DNA of 64,000 nt from Saccostrea echinata (lineage: Eukaryota). Below, piece by piece: positions 37,352 to 50,900 of this stretch. A program made the translations under genes and the position numbers. The stretch covers positions 37,634,001-37,698,000 of the forward strand of contig NW_026889803.1 in NCBI RefSeq assembly GCF_033153115.1, read 5' to 3'. The stretch's first letter is position 1; each line of letters starts with the position of its first letter. The notes below the pieces were generated by a model. That model was not told the origin of the DNA, ran no database searches, and saw only the letters and a program-made list of their open reading frames with translations.

Positions 37352-40300
37352 ATATTTTGAAGTTGGTTCATACGATGTAGTATGTTTCTATATTTTTAAA
37401 ATCATTCTATATATTTGAATAATAATTATGCTGCACAATCAGCTGGGCCAAGTCAGGACAGATTGATTCGCTTATAGGGTCCATTCTCTACAGGAAAGCG
37501 AGATTGGGATGACAGAGATGCGGACGTGATGGAAATACATAGTCCGTAAGGCGTGCATTGGGCCATAGGATGATGGTTTGTGTGTAGCGAAATCAGTACG
37601 AACTCGAATTAAGAACAACATTCAGAAGCTTTGACGGAATGTTAGATAAAAATAATGTTACTCCCCACACTCGATATTGTCTGGAGTATGCAAATACGAT
37701 TTAGGTATAAATGAAATTGGGCCTTGTATGATCATTTCGAGAGATACATGTACCCGATCCTTGGCAAAATAAACTCAGTTCAGTTGATATTTACAATGAT
37801 ATTTTTTCTTATATATTACTATGATCAACTTGGTGTACATGCATAAAAGGCAACATGTATAATTTATATCTGTCCCTTATCTAAAATTTATCATCAGAAT
37901 TATCATCAATTATGCATATAGTATTTGCCGATTGTTTCCTTCTTTTGTGTAATTTGTTAATCTCCAATGAACTGTATAATATGTAATACACATATAATGT
38001 ATGTAGATATTAAGAGATTTGAAAAATTTTCGAACGATTTTGGAGAAATATCACCGGAGTCTTTCATACATACAAAGATTTAAAATTAAAATGTATATGT
38101 CTCCAAACAACAATGTATATCTGAATCTTATCTTTACAGCACTGGGTTCTTAATAAAAACAGACATATAAGCACTCATCCAAACACGAAAAGAGGTTAAA
38201 GTGAATAGAGCAAGGCTCTTATAAATCTTCTAAATGAATATATACACATACATGTATGTAAGTAAATTAAACGTCTGCTTGACGAATACACTGACAGACG
38301 GATGTGTACGGATTACAAGGTCTATTGAAACATATGTTATTAACGTTTACAAATATTATACCTTTGTCAATATCCTAAACATCACTTGTAAAGGTTAGCC
38401 ATGAATAATAAACTTGTGGTTGCTTTCAAGTATTCTCTTCCCGAAGGAAAGCGACAAATCCAAACAACAATTGATGCAATATTCTGCAGTGTTGACCCGA
38501 GGGTAGTAATAGATATGATAAAGCACGGAAATACCGATCGCTCAAGTCTAAGGTGTTACGGAGGATCCTTCCTCATCTTTATAGTCACCTCTATCGCAAG
38601 GTAAACAAGTCGTTGTTGGGAAAAGCCTTAACTTGATATACTATGACGAAGGGAAAGATGTTAATACGCTGTTATTCTCAGCTGGGTACGGCAGTTACAG
38701 TTCATGCAGTTCAAATGGTCAAACATTATTTTTGTAATCTGATTTCTACATATACATTTACATACTATAACGTGTATGAGCAAGTTAACACAAAATAACA
38801 AGTTTCCTCAGACGTCAAATTTACAGGGTAGATAAACTCTGGAGGGCTGTATACTGCTTATCAGATGGTGTTAAAAAAGTCTAGACAGAACTTCATAAGT
38901 ATATGTTTTGTTTAGAATAAATGAAATTCACATATTAAATAAATCAATTCTTTAAGACCTTGAAACTGTGTTTTCTTTTAGTTGTTTATTCTTTAACATT
39001 TTCATTTTACTTCCCAAAATATTATTTAAATTTTACCATTCATTTTTTGAAACTATTAAAAAAGAATCTAAATATAAATCAAAATTTTAATATTCCAAGA
39101 AATTATTTTATCATAATAAGGTTAGATATCAAATAAATAAAATTAAAAAAAATAAGAGAGAGAGAGTTTTTGTTGTCATGTTTAATCTTTTAATGAAAGA
39201 AGTTTTTTACCAAATTAAAATCCCTTGAAAAGGCATAGAAATCACTGATATTAGCACTTACCGTACTATTTCACTTCCTCTTCTCAAACTGAATAAAAAA
39301 TTGAAATTATACTACCTCGAAATGAAAGCATTTTGTATTGGAGAATCATCGCGGAGTGACACAGTATTCATCCGCTACTGAATAAAAGGATTAATAAAAT
39401 GATTGACAGTTACTACGACACGTGACACTTGATATTCCGGTTTGCATCTCTTTCCCATTTATCGGGTTTATCTTCGGGAGAGAATACACACATCTGTCGG
39501 TGTACGATTAACTTTCATAAATATGTAAATTAGTTTTTTGTCGACAGGCTACTTCTATTGACCTTTGTCTTTTCATTGACATTGAGGGTAGCTTGTGTCT
39601 CGATATGACTTAAGTATTTTGACGTTTAATCAAGTTAATGGACATATTCTGATGCCCCTGTCTATAAATGGATCTAATATTGTTGATATGTATGCATTTG
39701 GGCAAGAAATTTATTAATAGAAAATGGTTAAATGTTCTCCTTCCCTCCAACTACTAGAGACAATGTTTTCTCAGGGTATTGATTTTACTATCTGTCATCC
39801 ACATGTTACAAACAGGTAACTAAAATAAACTAAGGAAGACCAAACCTTTGACAGTTTACATGTGATGCTAAATATATTACTTTTAACAGTTCTGATAGAT
39901 ATACCAGAATATGTGGGTGTCTATAAGGAAATATATATCACCGTCGAAACCGTTTTGTCATTTTGAGACCAGTTTTTTTTATCATACAAAGAATTGTTTG
40001 CAATCGTTTCCCTGTTTTTAGTTTGTTAAACGTTATGTTCTTGAGTCCTGAATTGATCCATTATGGATATGATTAATTCCGTCTTTTTACTGAAATGGAT
40101 ACAAAGGTAAACTTTAAAAAATGTTCTTTTGAAAAATGAATGCTACCGATTCTAATTTAATTTGACGGAATTATCAAAATATCAAACCAAGACAAGAGAG
40201 TTTTAAGCGAATGTAAACCACATTTAAAGGAAAATTAAACATTCTTCCATAAATTTTTTCCACAGAACTATAATGTACAACTTCCTGGCAAACGATTATG

Positions 40301-41811
40301 TAGAATAAGTTAATAAAAATACATGCAAGTTCAACAAAGTCATTATCTTGGAAAATGCTTTGATCTCTCGCAAAATCCTTTCATTAATTAGCTTTATTCA
40401 CGTCATTTTTTTTTAAAAACTCATTTTCATTTAGGTTTTAGTTCTCTCCTTTTGAGAGAGAGAGAGAGAGAGCTCTTTTAATCTTGTTTTTTTTTTTTTT
40501 TTTTTTTTTGAAACACAACTTCATAGATATTGGTTTTCTTCCGGACAGTTTTTACTTTTCTTATCGATCTTATCATGAGCAGGGGGTGGGTGAGTGGGTC
40601 CGAATCCCCCTTGGATTTTCTGAGTTATAAATTTGTATGTAAAGTAACGAAAAAGTTACCTTGGACCCTCGTTAGGAAACAAGGTTCCCGTGTAAAATAG
40701 TAAGGAAAGTCAAGTATTCAAAGAAAATAAACTTTAAAAAGTGACCCCCCCCCCCCCAATAGGTTTTTTCAGATTTTATTCTTTTTGGAAAAAAGTCCTG
40801 GATACGCGCATTGGGTGCACGTGTGGGTCTGTCGTTCACTAGAAGAGGGCTCTACGATTATACGGACTGAGCAATGACACCGCGATAGTTTTTTATGTAA
40901 TTTAAAATACTAGTATATGAGATTTTGAGGAAGGCTTAGGGTCATCACATATTCTAAAACATAACTCCTTGGTCAATATTACTTGGAATGGTGCTTAAAT
41001 AAGCAATCAAAGTACATGCTTACTGCTTAAACACTCGGATCTGTACTTTGAAGTTTTCTAGCCTAGAATCAACCAATAATCCATTTTAAATAAGCTCGAT
41101 TTGTATTACTGAATCTGCCTCGGTGGTAGATATTGATGCCTTACATTGCATATTATATTTTGAGACTGCATTGAAATAAAATGACTGTCATAACGTAGAT
41201 TCATTTGGTGCTTAAAATTCACAACGGAAATACCCTTTCCATGGAAAAATGACAGTTATTCGAATTTAAGTTAATTGCAACAGTAGCAATTGGTTATCTT
41301 CTACAAAAATAGGGTTAATAAAGTGTGACCCTCTGTTATTTATTTATCTGCAAGAGAATCTATCGATTGTAAAAGGACCAGTTGCATGCACGATTAAATA
41401 ATAATCAGTTTCCCTTTTTATTATTCGGAAATAAAGGATAATAAAAAAAACTGAATATTTGTTTGATATCTGAAAAGATGTATTTGATAAAGAACGGGCC
41501 TCCAAGTGAGAGATCAATTATTAAGAGAAAAGTTTGTCTAATTTTTCATTCTCGCATTTTTCGTGAAAACCTATCCGTCTCTGTCATTGGTTCAACCAAG
41601 ACTTGCTCCGCTAGCTCTTGTTGATATAGTAGAGCGTAAGTATCAGACTGTAGTCTCAAACTGAAAAAAAATTTGATCCTTCTATATTAGGTGTTTTAGA
41701 GACATGGTGCACTCTATTTGATTAATTATCAATCCCCTCCAAGATCAAAATGGTGGTGTTACTGTTTTACTTATATGATGGCATCTGGTAGAGTCGAACA
41801 AATAAGGAATA

Positions 41812-42438
41812 TTATTATATAGTCTATAAATACTTTCTATATAATCTATACAAACGCAAACAGTTCATAATACTACATATTCACTGGATTTGAAGAAGTA
41901 TTCACCGGAGAGTCAGTGCGCGTGCAGCGGCATTGTGACGTCACAATCAATACCTCAAACGTTGAAAACAATGGTTGCAACGGCCTGAGCCAGTTGTGTA
42001 TCAGAGCAGGAATAATGTTAAGCAAGTCTATCGCAGGATTATTTCCAAAAAGTTCGATGCCTTACCCACAGCGAAAGGGAATCACAGAAGTTATAACTCG
42101 TAATCTGGGCATTTTTTTTAGTTTCAGCGACAGAAGTTCGTTAATGAAAATGATATCGTCATGCAGCCTTTAATGTCTTATTAATTCAAATCCTGACTAT
42201 ATAATAAATAATGGACACTTACGTTGGTGAATATGGTTTGTTATTCACTAGAAAATATAAATATTGACTTCGGCTTCGCCTCGGTCAATATTGATATTTT
42301 TCTGGTGAATAACGAACCATATTCACCACCGAAAGATTCCATAATTGCATATTATTATTATATAGTCTATAAATACTCCCTATATAATCTATACAAACGC
42401 AAACAGTTCATTATACTACATATTCACTGGATTTGAAG
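41812..42438. mobile_element. Terminal-hairpin element followed by a head-to-tail partial second copy
   Basis: IR TTATTATATAGTC (41812) / GACTATATAATAA (42195-42207). Palindrome at 42208-42345 with GGCTTCGCC loop. 41812-41895 is repeated at 42355-42438. Confidence 0.75.
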
Positions 42439-42439
42439 C

Positions 42440-42900
42440 CGTATTATATAAGATGATTATATTCGTAATTTTCATTGGTTGAAAGGACACCTCGTGATAT
42501 TTGTCTTTTTGTGATATTGACGCGAAAGCGCGTCCACGGAATATGATATCGCACGACTCGTCGTTCGTCTGCACCAACGAACGTACGTGACGTCATAATA
42601 TACATATAAGAAGCATGTTTTTACCATTGTGACGTAATGACAGCCAAGACTGTTCAGTTAGGACTGTGTCAGATTATTCATTTTGAGTGTTTCTATAAAT
42701 TAACTATTATGAACTTCGATCAGTGAACGGTCACTATGTGGTTCCAAGGACCCTTATCAAGTGATATTGACCTCAGACACAGAAAATGATAGCGACATCG
42801 CAAGCTCGGTGGCTATCACTTTTGTGTCTTCGGTCAGTATCACTTGACATCCGTCTTTAGAACTACATATCGACCTACACTGAAGTCCATAATTGTATAA
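42440..42900. mobile_element. Terminal-hairpin element (another family)
   Basis: ~190-bp imperfect palindrome at 42703-42897 (TCAAGTGATATTGACC...CGCAAGCTCG...GGTCAGTATCACTTGA), ending ATTGTATAA. Confidence 0.65.
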
Positions 42901-42955
42901 CATTCCCTCAGTCTATGCAATATTTTGTGGCAGTCAGACGGGTTCGATCGCCGGT

Positions 42956-43028
42956 GGCCAGATAGCTCAGTTGGTAGAGCACCTGACTGGAGATTTAGGG
43001 GGCCCGGGTTCGAATCCCGGTCTGGTCC
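42956..43028 (+). ncRNA. tRNA-like sequence within the TRIM 5' LTR (probably not a functional tRNA)
   Basis: Acceptor stem GGCCAGA/TCTGGTC, D arm GCTC-AGTTGGTA-GAGC, T arm CCGGG-TTCGAAT-CCCGG. The anticodon loop has 8 nt. TTTTT follows downstream. Confidence 0.75.
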
Positions 43029-43186
43029 GCTGCATTTTTCTCCTCTCCCGTTACATTTGGTGCCGTGCCATGCCCTGGAAGTGACAGGTGAAAGACCTGC
43101 CAGGGAAAAGCCTGGGTTGGTGTCTTCGGGGCCGAAGACCTTTAAGGAGGGAGGAATGTGGCGGTCAGATAGGTTCGATCGCCGGT

Positions 43187-43259
43187 GGCCAGATAGTTCA
43201 GTTGGTAGAGCACCTGACTGGAGATTCAGGGGGCCCGGGTTCGAATCCCGGTCTGGTCC
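43187..43259 (+). ncRNA. tRNA-like sequence within the TRIM 3' LTR
   Basis: Second copy. Anticodon stem CCTGA/TCAGG with the 8-nt loop CTGGAGAT. Confidence 0.75.
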
Positions 43260-44095
43260 GCTGCATTTTTCTACTCTTCCGTTACAATTTGAAGCCTCAA
43301 CCATTTTACTTTCTCATGTAAGTGTATGTTTAAAGAGGAGTTAGGAAAAGAAAGAAATATACAACTCCAAACAAAAATTGTCCATTCAATCAATGAATAC
43401 TTTAAGTTAGTCTTTAAGAAGATTATGAACAATTTCTTAAATAGACACTCATTCTAAAGAATATGTTCAAGGGTGCGTTCTCTAAGCAAATTGGATGACA
43501 TGTATAATTCTTTATTTAAAAAAAAACTGTCTGAAAAAGTGATTCAGTAGGTGCTAATCTTCTATGTCGGAATGTACACACCTTTGCCTGATGTATTTGC
43601 TACATGTACTATACGATGTAACTGTGTAAATGACCTGGATATTAACATCTATAAGCATGGGCACTTTATTTTTTTATAAGCTGTTATCAACTCTTTTTGA
43701 CCTCATATCGGGTTTAGAAAGCATCATTGTAAGCAAACTCAAGAATTAATGTATGCATTTACTTTCCTATTTACTTGCAAACCTGAAGTTATTCCTCTTT
43801 TTTTCTTGTCATATGATTAATCTGTCTTCATGAAGAGATATAGTAACATAAAACCGGAAATTAAATAACAAACAAACATTTAAAAAAATATAATCATACA
43901 AATGTAGTTTCATCAATTCTTGAAAGTTTCGACAACTTAATTAACTGCTCTCTAAAACAAAGAGTGCGAATATAAGCATGATAAGTGCCGGAAAAACGAA
44001 GGTTGTTTCAACTGTAACTTTGATTGGAAGCATGTTGTTCTTTGATTTTTTTTTTCGAAGATTCGGTCAAAATTCTCGGTCAACCAACATTCAAT

Positions 44096-44263
44096 GATTG
44101 ATTGATTGTATATTTTTTTACGTCCCATTCGAGAATTTCCACTTATATAGAGACGTCACCATATACCGGTAAAGGGCTTCAAATTTCGAGGGATATTTAT
44201 CTTTATCGTGCCAATGCCTGCCGTGAAACGGGGCCTCGGTTTTTAAGGTCTCGGCCGAAGGAC
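44096..44263 (-). mobile_element. 5'-truncated SINE family B
   Basis: (GATT)n tail. 12-bp TSD CCAACATTCAAT (44084-44095, 44264-44275). Confidence 0.85.
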
Positions 44264-46234
44264 CCAACATTCAATTCTTGAGATATGAGGTCATGATAAC
44301 TTCTTAATGTTTTTCTGCACACGCGTATAATCTGGAGGAAAGAAAGGTTTTCATGGTGGACTAAACAGACATAATTATTTTCCGCCATAAACGTCGATGT
44401 TGTAGGTTCTAAAACCTGCACGTTTGTGAAATCAAATACATGTACTTTGAATTCACGAAATTGAACAAAATTTGTACGAACCATACAAAAAATCTAATTC
44501 TTTTTTCCCCTCATTTTTTTCCTTATGCATCACTGTTTCTTTCATGGAACAGTTGGAATGTTGGTTGAATGTTGCGGTTAATATAACCTTTATTTTTACG
44601 GCACTTACGTCTATATACTGCACTTTTTGCTTGCTTTTCAGTTCGGCTGACTTTGTCAATACTTCCCTATGCTATATTTTTATAAGTCTTTTGCTTTATG
44701 GTACAAATGTCAATGTTATACTTTCATGTAAATTAATTGAATCTGATTCGTTGAGAAACATTTGTTAAAAAACACTAATACCCACTGAATGCTGAAGCCA
44801 CGCCCTCCAGCGTAGCAACAGTCAACATTGCTTGACGACGGGTGTTATTCCAAAAAATAGTGACTGCGCAGAATTTATGCGCGCAAGGTTCACTGTTGTA
44901 TGTAATTGTATAAAACATTCAGCAAAATGTTTACTCAACTACATGCAATATTTATATATTAACAAATTCATGTCATTGTGCTTTCTGTATCTCATTTATC
45001 ACTAGTATCGTCAAGAGGGAAATAAGTACAGAATTTGTCTAATTTCCAAGTACATGTATTAAGATCAAGGTTTTATAATCAAGGCTTCGGTGGAAATTGG
45101 ACTTGAGCCGGATAGTTAAGCTAAACCTGTAGGCCATATTTTAAAAAAAAAACTCTACACTAAGAATCTGACACAAATAAATTTACAAGTATTTATAACT
45201 GAGGACCAAGACACATTAAGGAAAATCATTAAATTATTTTAAATTAAAAAGTAGGAGTAGTGTTTACGAGTTTATAGTTGATTCATAGAATTCTTAGTCT
45301 ATAAATTCGACAGTTGAAAATTTGCCAAAAATAAGGATAAACTGTCAAATTTTGTGAGTTATCTGAAACAGAGTCGCAGATAGAAAATTGTCATTAAATA
45401 TTCATCTTGCATAACAACTGTATGCTGTTCTGAGAATCATATCATCTGCAACGATGTACTATGAAATTTGAGAATATAAAATATCTACCGATATATATAC
45501 AGTGTAGAAAAACATTTAGGATTATGTTTATCACAACACTTTATCAGCTATTGCTTCTTTATCACTGGAAGAGCTCAGTTTTTTTCCACGAGACTGGATC
45601 ACACATTTTCCCGGAAAAAGTCTAGAAACTCTGCAGTGAGTGATGACACAAGTCGTGTCAGCCGTCGTCTCGGTTTAGGAATAATCTTTTAGAGAGTGCT
45701 TAAGGAAAACAGAGAAAATTAGTAGTTAGCAGGGAGGGATATTGGAGCAGCATAAAGGATTCATTGAAGTGATAATGACATCCAAGGTGACCTAAATTCT
45801 TACTGTATTTGTCCCTTAGAAAACGCTAAGTAAATATTGCAAATTTTATTGATGTTATAATATGTATTATGATAATTGTAATAGAATTAAAGAAAAGTAA
45901 GATAGTGCACCTTGTGGGCGTTTCAGGTTCGAATTAATGAATGCACAAAACCTATAATACTTAGTATTGCAATTTTCTCGAGTACATGCATATCACATTA
46001 TACATGTATAATGCATCACATAATGTGTATTAGTTCTTTCCACTTCAGCAGAGTTCATTTAGCACAAGCTACTCTACGTATTTAGAAACATACAAAATTG
46101 CATGTAAATGCAATTAGAAGAAAGTTAAAGAAGCAGATGAGAAGAAAAATTTACTGAAGCTTCGATGTCTAAAACCATTTCAGTGTCAACCATTGGATAC
46201 AACTAATACATGTTTGATTTCTCCTGTTGTCTTT

Positions 46235-46547
46235 TGACTGATTGAATGTTGTTTTACGTTCCATTCGAGAATTTTACACTCATGCAGAGACGTCGCCATA
46301 TACCGGTGAAGGGCTTCAAATTTAGATCTTTACTCGGCACTCACGGCCATTGAACAGTGATGGTTCTTTATCGTGCCAACGCCTACCGTGACACGGGGCC
46401 TCGGTTTTTAAGGTCTCATCCGAAAGGCAACTTTCTTTTCAAAGTGCCGAGCGCTTCGCGAAGGAACAGTTGCTACCTATATTTTATCGACTTAGGTCAG
46501 TCGTGGCTGTGATTCGAACACCCGACCTTCCGATCATGGAGCGAGCG
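46235..46547 (-). mobile_element. SINE family B
   Basis: Homologous to the other copies. 14-bp TSD CTCCTGTTGTCTTT (46221-46234, 46548-46561). Confidence 0.9.
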
Positions 46548-47824
46548 CTCCTGTTGTCTTTAAAAATAAAAAAGGAAATGCATGTTTGTGTTCAGATGGT
46601 CAGAATTTCGATCGGAGTAAGAACGTATTTAATAAGAATGATACTTGAATAAATATTTCAAAGTAAGCGACTCCATGATTCCAGTCTCAAATCAATAGAT
46701 ATGACATCTTTTAAGAGGCTTCAGTAAATTTGTCATCATTTATTATCTGTAAGTTCAACAGTTAAAAATTTGCACAAAATAAGGGCAGACAGTCCAGTTT
46801 TATCAGTTACCTGAAACAGAGTTCCAGATGGAGGATTTTCATTAAATATGAATCCGATTCATAATTAATTAGACTGATTCAACTCTAAAGGTAAAGTGAT
46901 GCATTTCAGATAAAAACAATTTTGGTATGAAAGGACCTTCCAATAGCCAAATAAACCTTATCAATATTTTGACAAATGTATGTTTGTTGGGGACATGTTG
47001 CTATTCATTTTGTGGTGATTTGTACTTTTTTGTCAATAACTCAAGGACAGCAGCTCAATAATATCCTATTTTGATTTTATATTATGAACCTTGAATTTTT
47101 TTCCCTGAATATCTAATAGAAACTTAAGGAAAATGAATCCATATTTGCATTAATGCACAGAATCATATTCTGAAAATGATTTATTTGACAGTTATTCTGT
47201 ATTTCATAAAACTTTTTCAGAATAAAAGCCATATTAAATGTCATTTTGGTGGCATTAAGTAATAAAACAAATGTTTATATTTTTCGCTGAATTTCAAAGA
47301 CTAGCTATAGGGGAAGCAAAATATGATTTCTCATTTTTCCATCATTTTCTTTTAAAATAAAGCAATTTACATAATTAACTTGTTTTCATTTGCTTCTGTA
47401 CTTTGTGAAAGTTTTTGCATAAAGTGAAAGAAATTATGCAAGCCATCTGAGTGTTCTGAAACAATTTGATGAGCATTATTTTTATTACATTAAGATTTAT
47501 ACGTACTGTAATTATTACTATAGAGAATAAAAAGATTTAGACTTGATCATTGTTATTGCATTCAGTTTGTATGCAGTCATATATTTTATTATGCATATCT
47601 AACTGATGCCTAAACTTAATAGTTTTAGAAGTTGGTTTGGGTCGGAAGTACAATAGAAGTATTTAATTTCAATTTAAGGTTACTCTGATCTTATATTTCA
47701 AATTTTATTTATTTATCTTAAATTAATAATTGTTACCCTATCAAACTATTTGCCTAGTAAATGCCCAAGGATACAAGAAAGGTTATTTGTAAACAAGGTT
47801 GATGTAGAATATTTGATCCAATAT

Positions 47825-47991
47825 ACTTCGGTATCTGGAACACTGATATCTTGAATACAATGGATATGTCGAAGTGATTGGAAAGTCCCAAGCCCTTTTC
47901 TTTAAGTAATTTACCTTCAATATCTCGAACCAGCGGATATCTCGATGTTTTTTTTTCGGTTCCATCGAGTTCAAGATAACGAAGTTGAACT
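47825..47991. mobile_element. Short Tc1/mariner-pogo-like MITE relic
   Basis: Imperfect inverted ends ACTTCGGTATCTGGAAC / GTTCAAGATAACGAAGT with internal GATATCTCGA motifs. TA run at the right end. Confidence 0.5.
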
Positions 47992-50900
47992 ATATATATA
48001 TATATATGATGAAATTATCCTTAATTTTGCATATATTTAACAATGTGGTCGTAGTTAAGAATACGATGCGATGCTCCACTGGTGATGAGCAGGCGTGATG
48101 TTGGTGTTACCAAAATGCATCTTATTTATTTTATCATATTGTATTTTTTTTTAATTTACTAAGTGGTTGTGAATTAAATATATATATATATATATAATTC
48201 ATTTTTGCAATTTTATAATTTTACTACCACCAGGTAAATTAAAAAATTACAATATGATAATTAACTTAAATTTCCCCTTTCACATTAGATATGAAGTTTC
48301 CATTAAAATACCATAAAGCAGCAAAAATTATACCTCCATATGAAAATAGGTCATTTCACAGTATGTAAACTAATATTCTAGCATATACGTTCTGTGTACT
48401 ACATATAACTTTCAGCTTGACATCAAGATGAGAGAGAAATTTTTAAAATACTGACTTTCAACTGATTATATTGTAGCCAATTCTTCAGACATGGAATTCC
48501 CTGACCTTTTAAATGGTTCGGCTTGAATTTTCAGTGGAACCCCCCCCCCCCCTAAAATTTAATAAAACTTGAAGTTACACTGAATAAGGACACGTTCATA
48601 TCAATTGACGTTCAATGTGGTTCTGCATGCAGATAAGATTATTTATAAAGAATAAATTCGACATATTTTAAGACAAAACTCTGAATCCAAATTGTGGTCT
48701 CAACAGTTCAGTGGGGCCGTATTCAAAAGGTGTACGGACAACGTAGAAATTGTCACCAACGGGCAAACACATTTAGCCAGAAATTTGCCTCAGTCCTGTT
48801 ATCGAAGTCAATTGACATTATCTTTATAAATCTTGTCGAGGGCGTACTGTTTAATTTTATCATAGTGTTAATCAGCCAATTTTATGGGGAAGCAAAGAAA
48901 ATAGATAACTTGTATTTTAAATACATCTCCATCTTGATTCGAGCCCGTGGCCTGACCTGGTTCACATGTACAATCCTTTGAAATAAATTTCAAATACATT
49001 TCAAAAGGTTATATTGTTCTTCATTAATTAAACACAATAAAATAAGACTTTTCTTTTGAAATCTTATTTTTGAAAAAAACTTTAAGGCAGCACAGGATAG
49101 AGTGCCCTTAAAAAATTGTTCTTTATCACACTAATGGCGTAAACCTTCAAATTCATTTTAAGTGTGATTAAATTTGTACATCCATGAATTCATTGGCTTA
49201 AAATGTATGCAAAGAAATATCAATTAAAGGCAGTCGAAATATGAAGTTCTTCTATTAAGCAAGATTGAACAAAAATAATTTAAGATTGCTGAGGTCAAAT
49301 TATTTTTTCATGTCAAATTATCTTTTCATTGCATTGAATATCGTCATCTGATTGAATGGCAATTACAAAAATATAAGCCTTGCCAATTAAATTTGCGTCA
49401 AAAGAAATCAAAACGTAGTATGGATTAATGAAACATGACTTTGAATAAATTGTCGCTGATGTAGTCGTGGCATTAAAGAACATCTAGGTCCTCATTGCAA
49501 TTTATACTGTTCAGTCCAGCTTCACTGCGCAAAAGTTCCTAGGAAGAGGGAGCGGATAAAGACCATTGGATAGCAGAGATAGGTCTTCATACATAGGTAA
49601 CATTAGAGGTATAAAAGGCACTTATGTCAGCAAAGAGAAACTACAAGATTAACATAAGGTTTTAGAATTAAAACATCGACCGAGAACATACATTGTGTGG
49701 TAATTAAAGAGTGATGAGTGTTTTAAGCTAAAATGTCTTTCTATATTTATGGTGATAGTGCGCCTCTATTATAACGGTAGTATTGTCTCATTTTCGTTTC
49801 AAACGATGCAAATATGAATTTACTGATTGAGATTTATAACTTTTAAATGGCATTTGCAGAATAGCAACCGAATTTTTTCTAAAACAGCAGAGGATGACGA
49901 AGATTTAAAGGTTAGCTTTGATTTATCTCTTAATATTTTTTATTGTCATTTCAATTGCAGCAATTGAAAAGACCAGGGAAAAAAAGAAATTAAACTGCAA
50001 GTAACATATTATAAAAAATCTTTCTACCGTTGCCTCCCACATATTTTTCAGAGCAGCTTACGATATAAAAGCTAGGATATTTAATAGTCTTCTTATCCTT
50101 TTTTTCATAAAAATGCCTTACATTTTTCTTTTTTCCAAGGAAACCCAACACTGCTGCTTGACAGTTGTTACGATAACTTTAAAGGTGTTCGTCACTTTAT
50201 CATAATAGTCAAAGTAATTTCTTAATATCACTTGATCTATTTATAGATAACATATCTTCAAGTTAAGAGTTGTCTGTTATCACCTTACAGAACATCTGGT
50301 GACTTAATTCACTTTTTCTAATTATAACTTTTCACTTGGTTATAAAGGCTATAGCTACGTATTAAGCATGCAAAGTGGTACAGGTTGATATAGGGACTTT
50401 TGAAACCTATCGGATTGTAAACATGTAGCTAATTAATTAATTTAGTTAATTAAATTAAACATACAAAATAATCTTGAAGTTTATAAAAATGTTTACTTAC
50501 CTGAAATAATTTGATTTAAAAATGCAACAGTTCCTTCCTAAATTCTGCAATACATATTGACCATTGCACAAAATACTGTTTTACAAGTCATCGAGGAATT
50601 ACAGTGCAGACTTCCACCGACTGAGGTACAAGAAGCGCCCTGCTTGAGAGCAAAGCACAGATGTGCTTCGCGATATTTTCTACATATACCTTTAAATCAA
50701 TGTACTTAGCCAATAAAATTGAATTGATGAAATCGATATATCGTCGATAAATTTGTTTACGCTACGAGGGAGTACCAATTAGCTAGTTGCTGATCGAGAA
50801 AAGATTTCACTCTGACTAGAGTTTGCTTAGACCTCGACAAATAGGTTTTGCCAGGAGGTGATAACGCATTTCTTAATCTTCCAATCGGAAGATGTGTGGA

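Larger units (their letters stand above)
42926..43286 (+). mobile_element. TRIM (miniature LTR retrotransposon) with a tRNA-like gene in each LTR (Helenus-like)
   Basis: 130-bp LTRs at 42926-43055 and 43157-43286 (TG...CA, 7 mismatches). PBS TGGTGCCGTG (tRNA-His type) at 43058, PPT AAGGAGGGAGGAA at 43144-43156, 4-bp TSD ATTT. Confidence 0.93.

Noticed and set aside
43058-43156. Hammerhead ribozyme (retrozyme) in the TRIM
   Set aside because: No CUGANGA core is present. Only a GAAA-containing hairpin was seen.
42840-43344. ORFs of 139-154 aa with internal repeats, and two apparent tRNA-Ser(GGA) genes
   Set aside because: The ORFs are by-products of the GC-rich duplicated LTRs. The tRNA-like units have 8-nt anticodon loops and sit within a TRIM with PBS, PPT and TSD.
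49083-49111. TTAAGGCAGCAC...GTGCCCTTAA mini Kolobok relic
   Set aside because: Too short to distinguish from chance.
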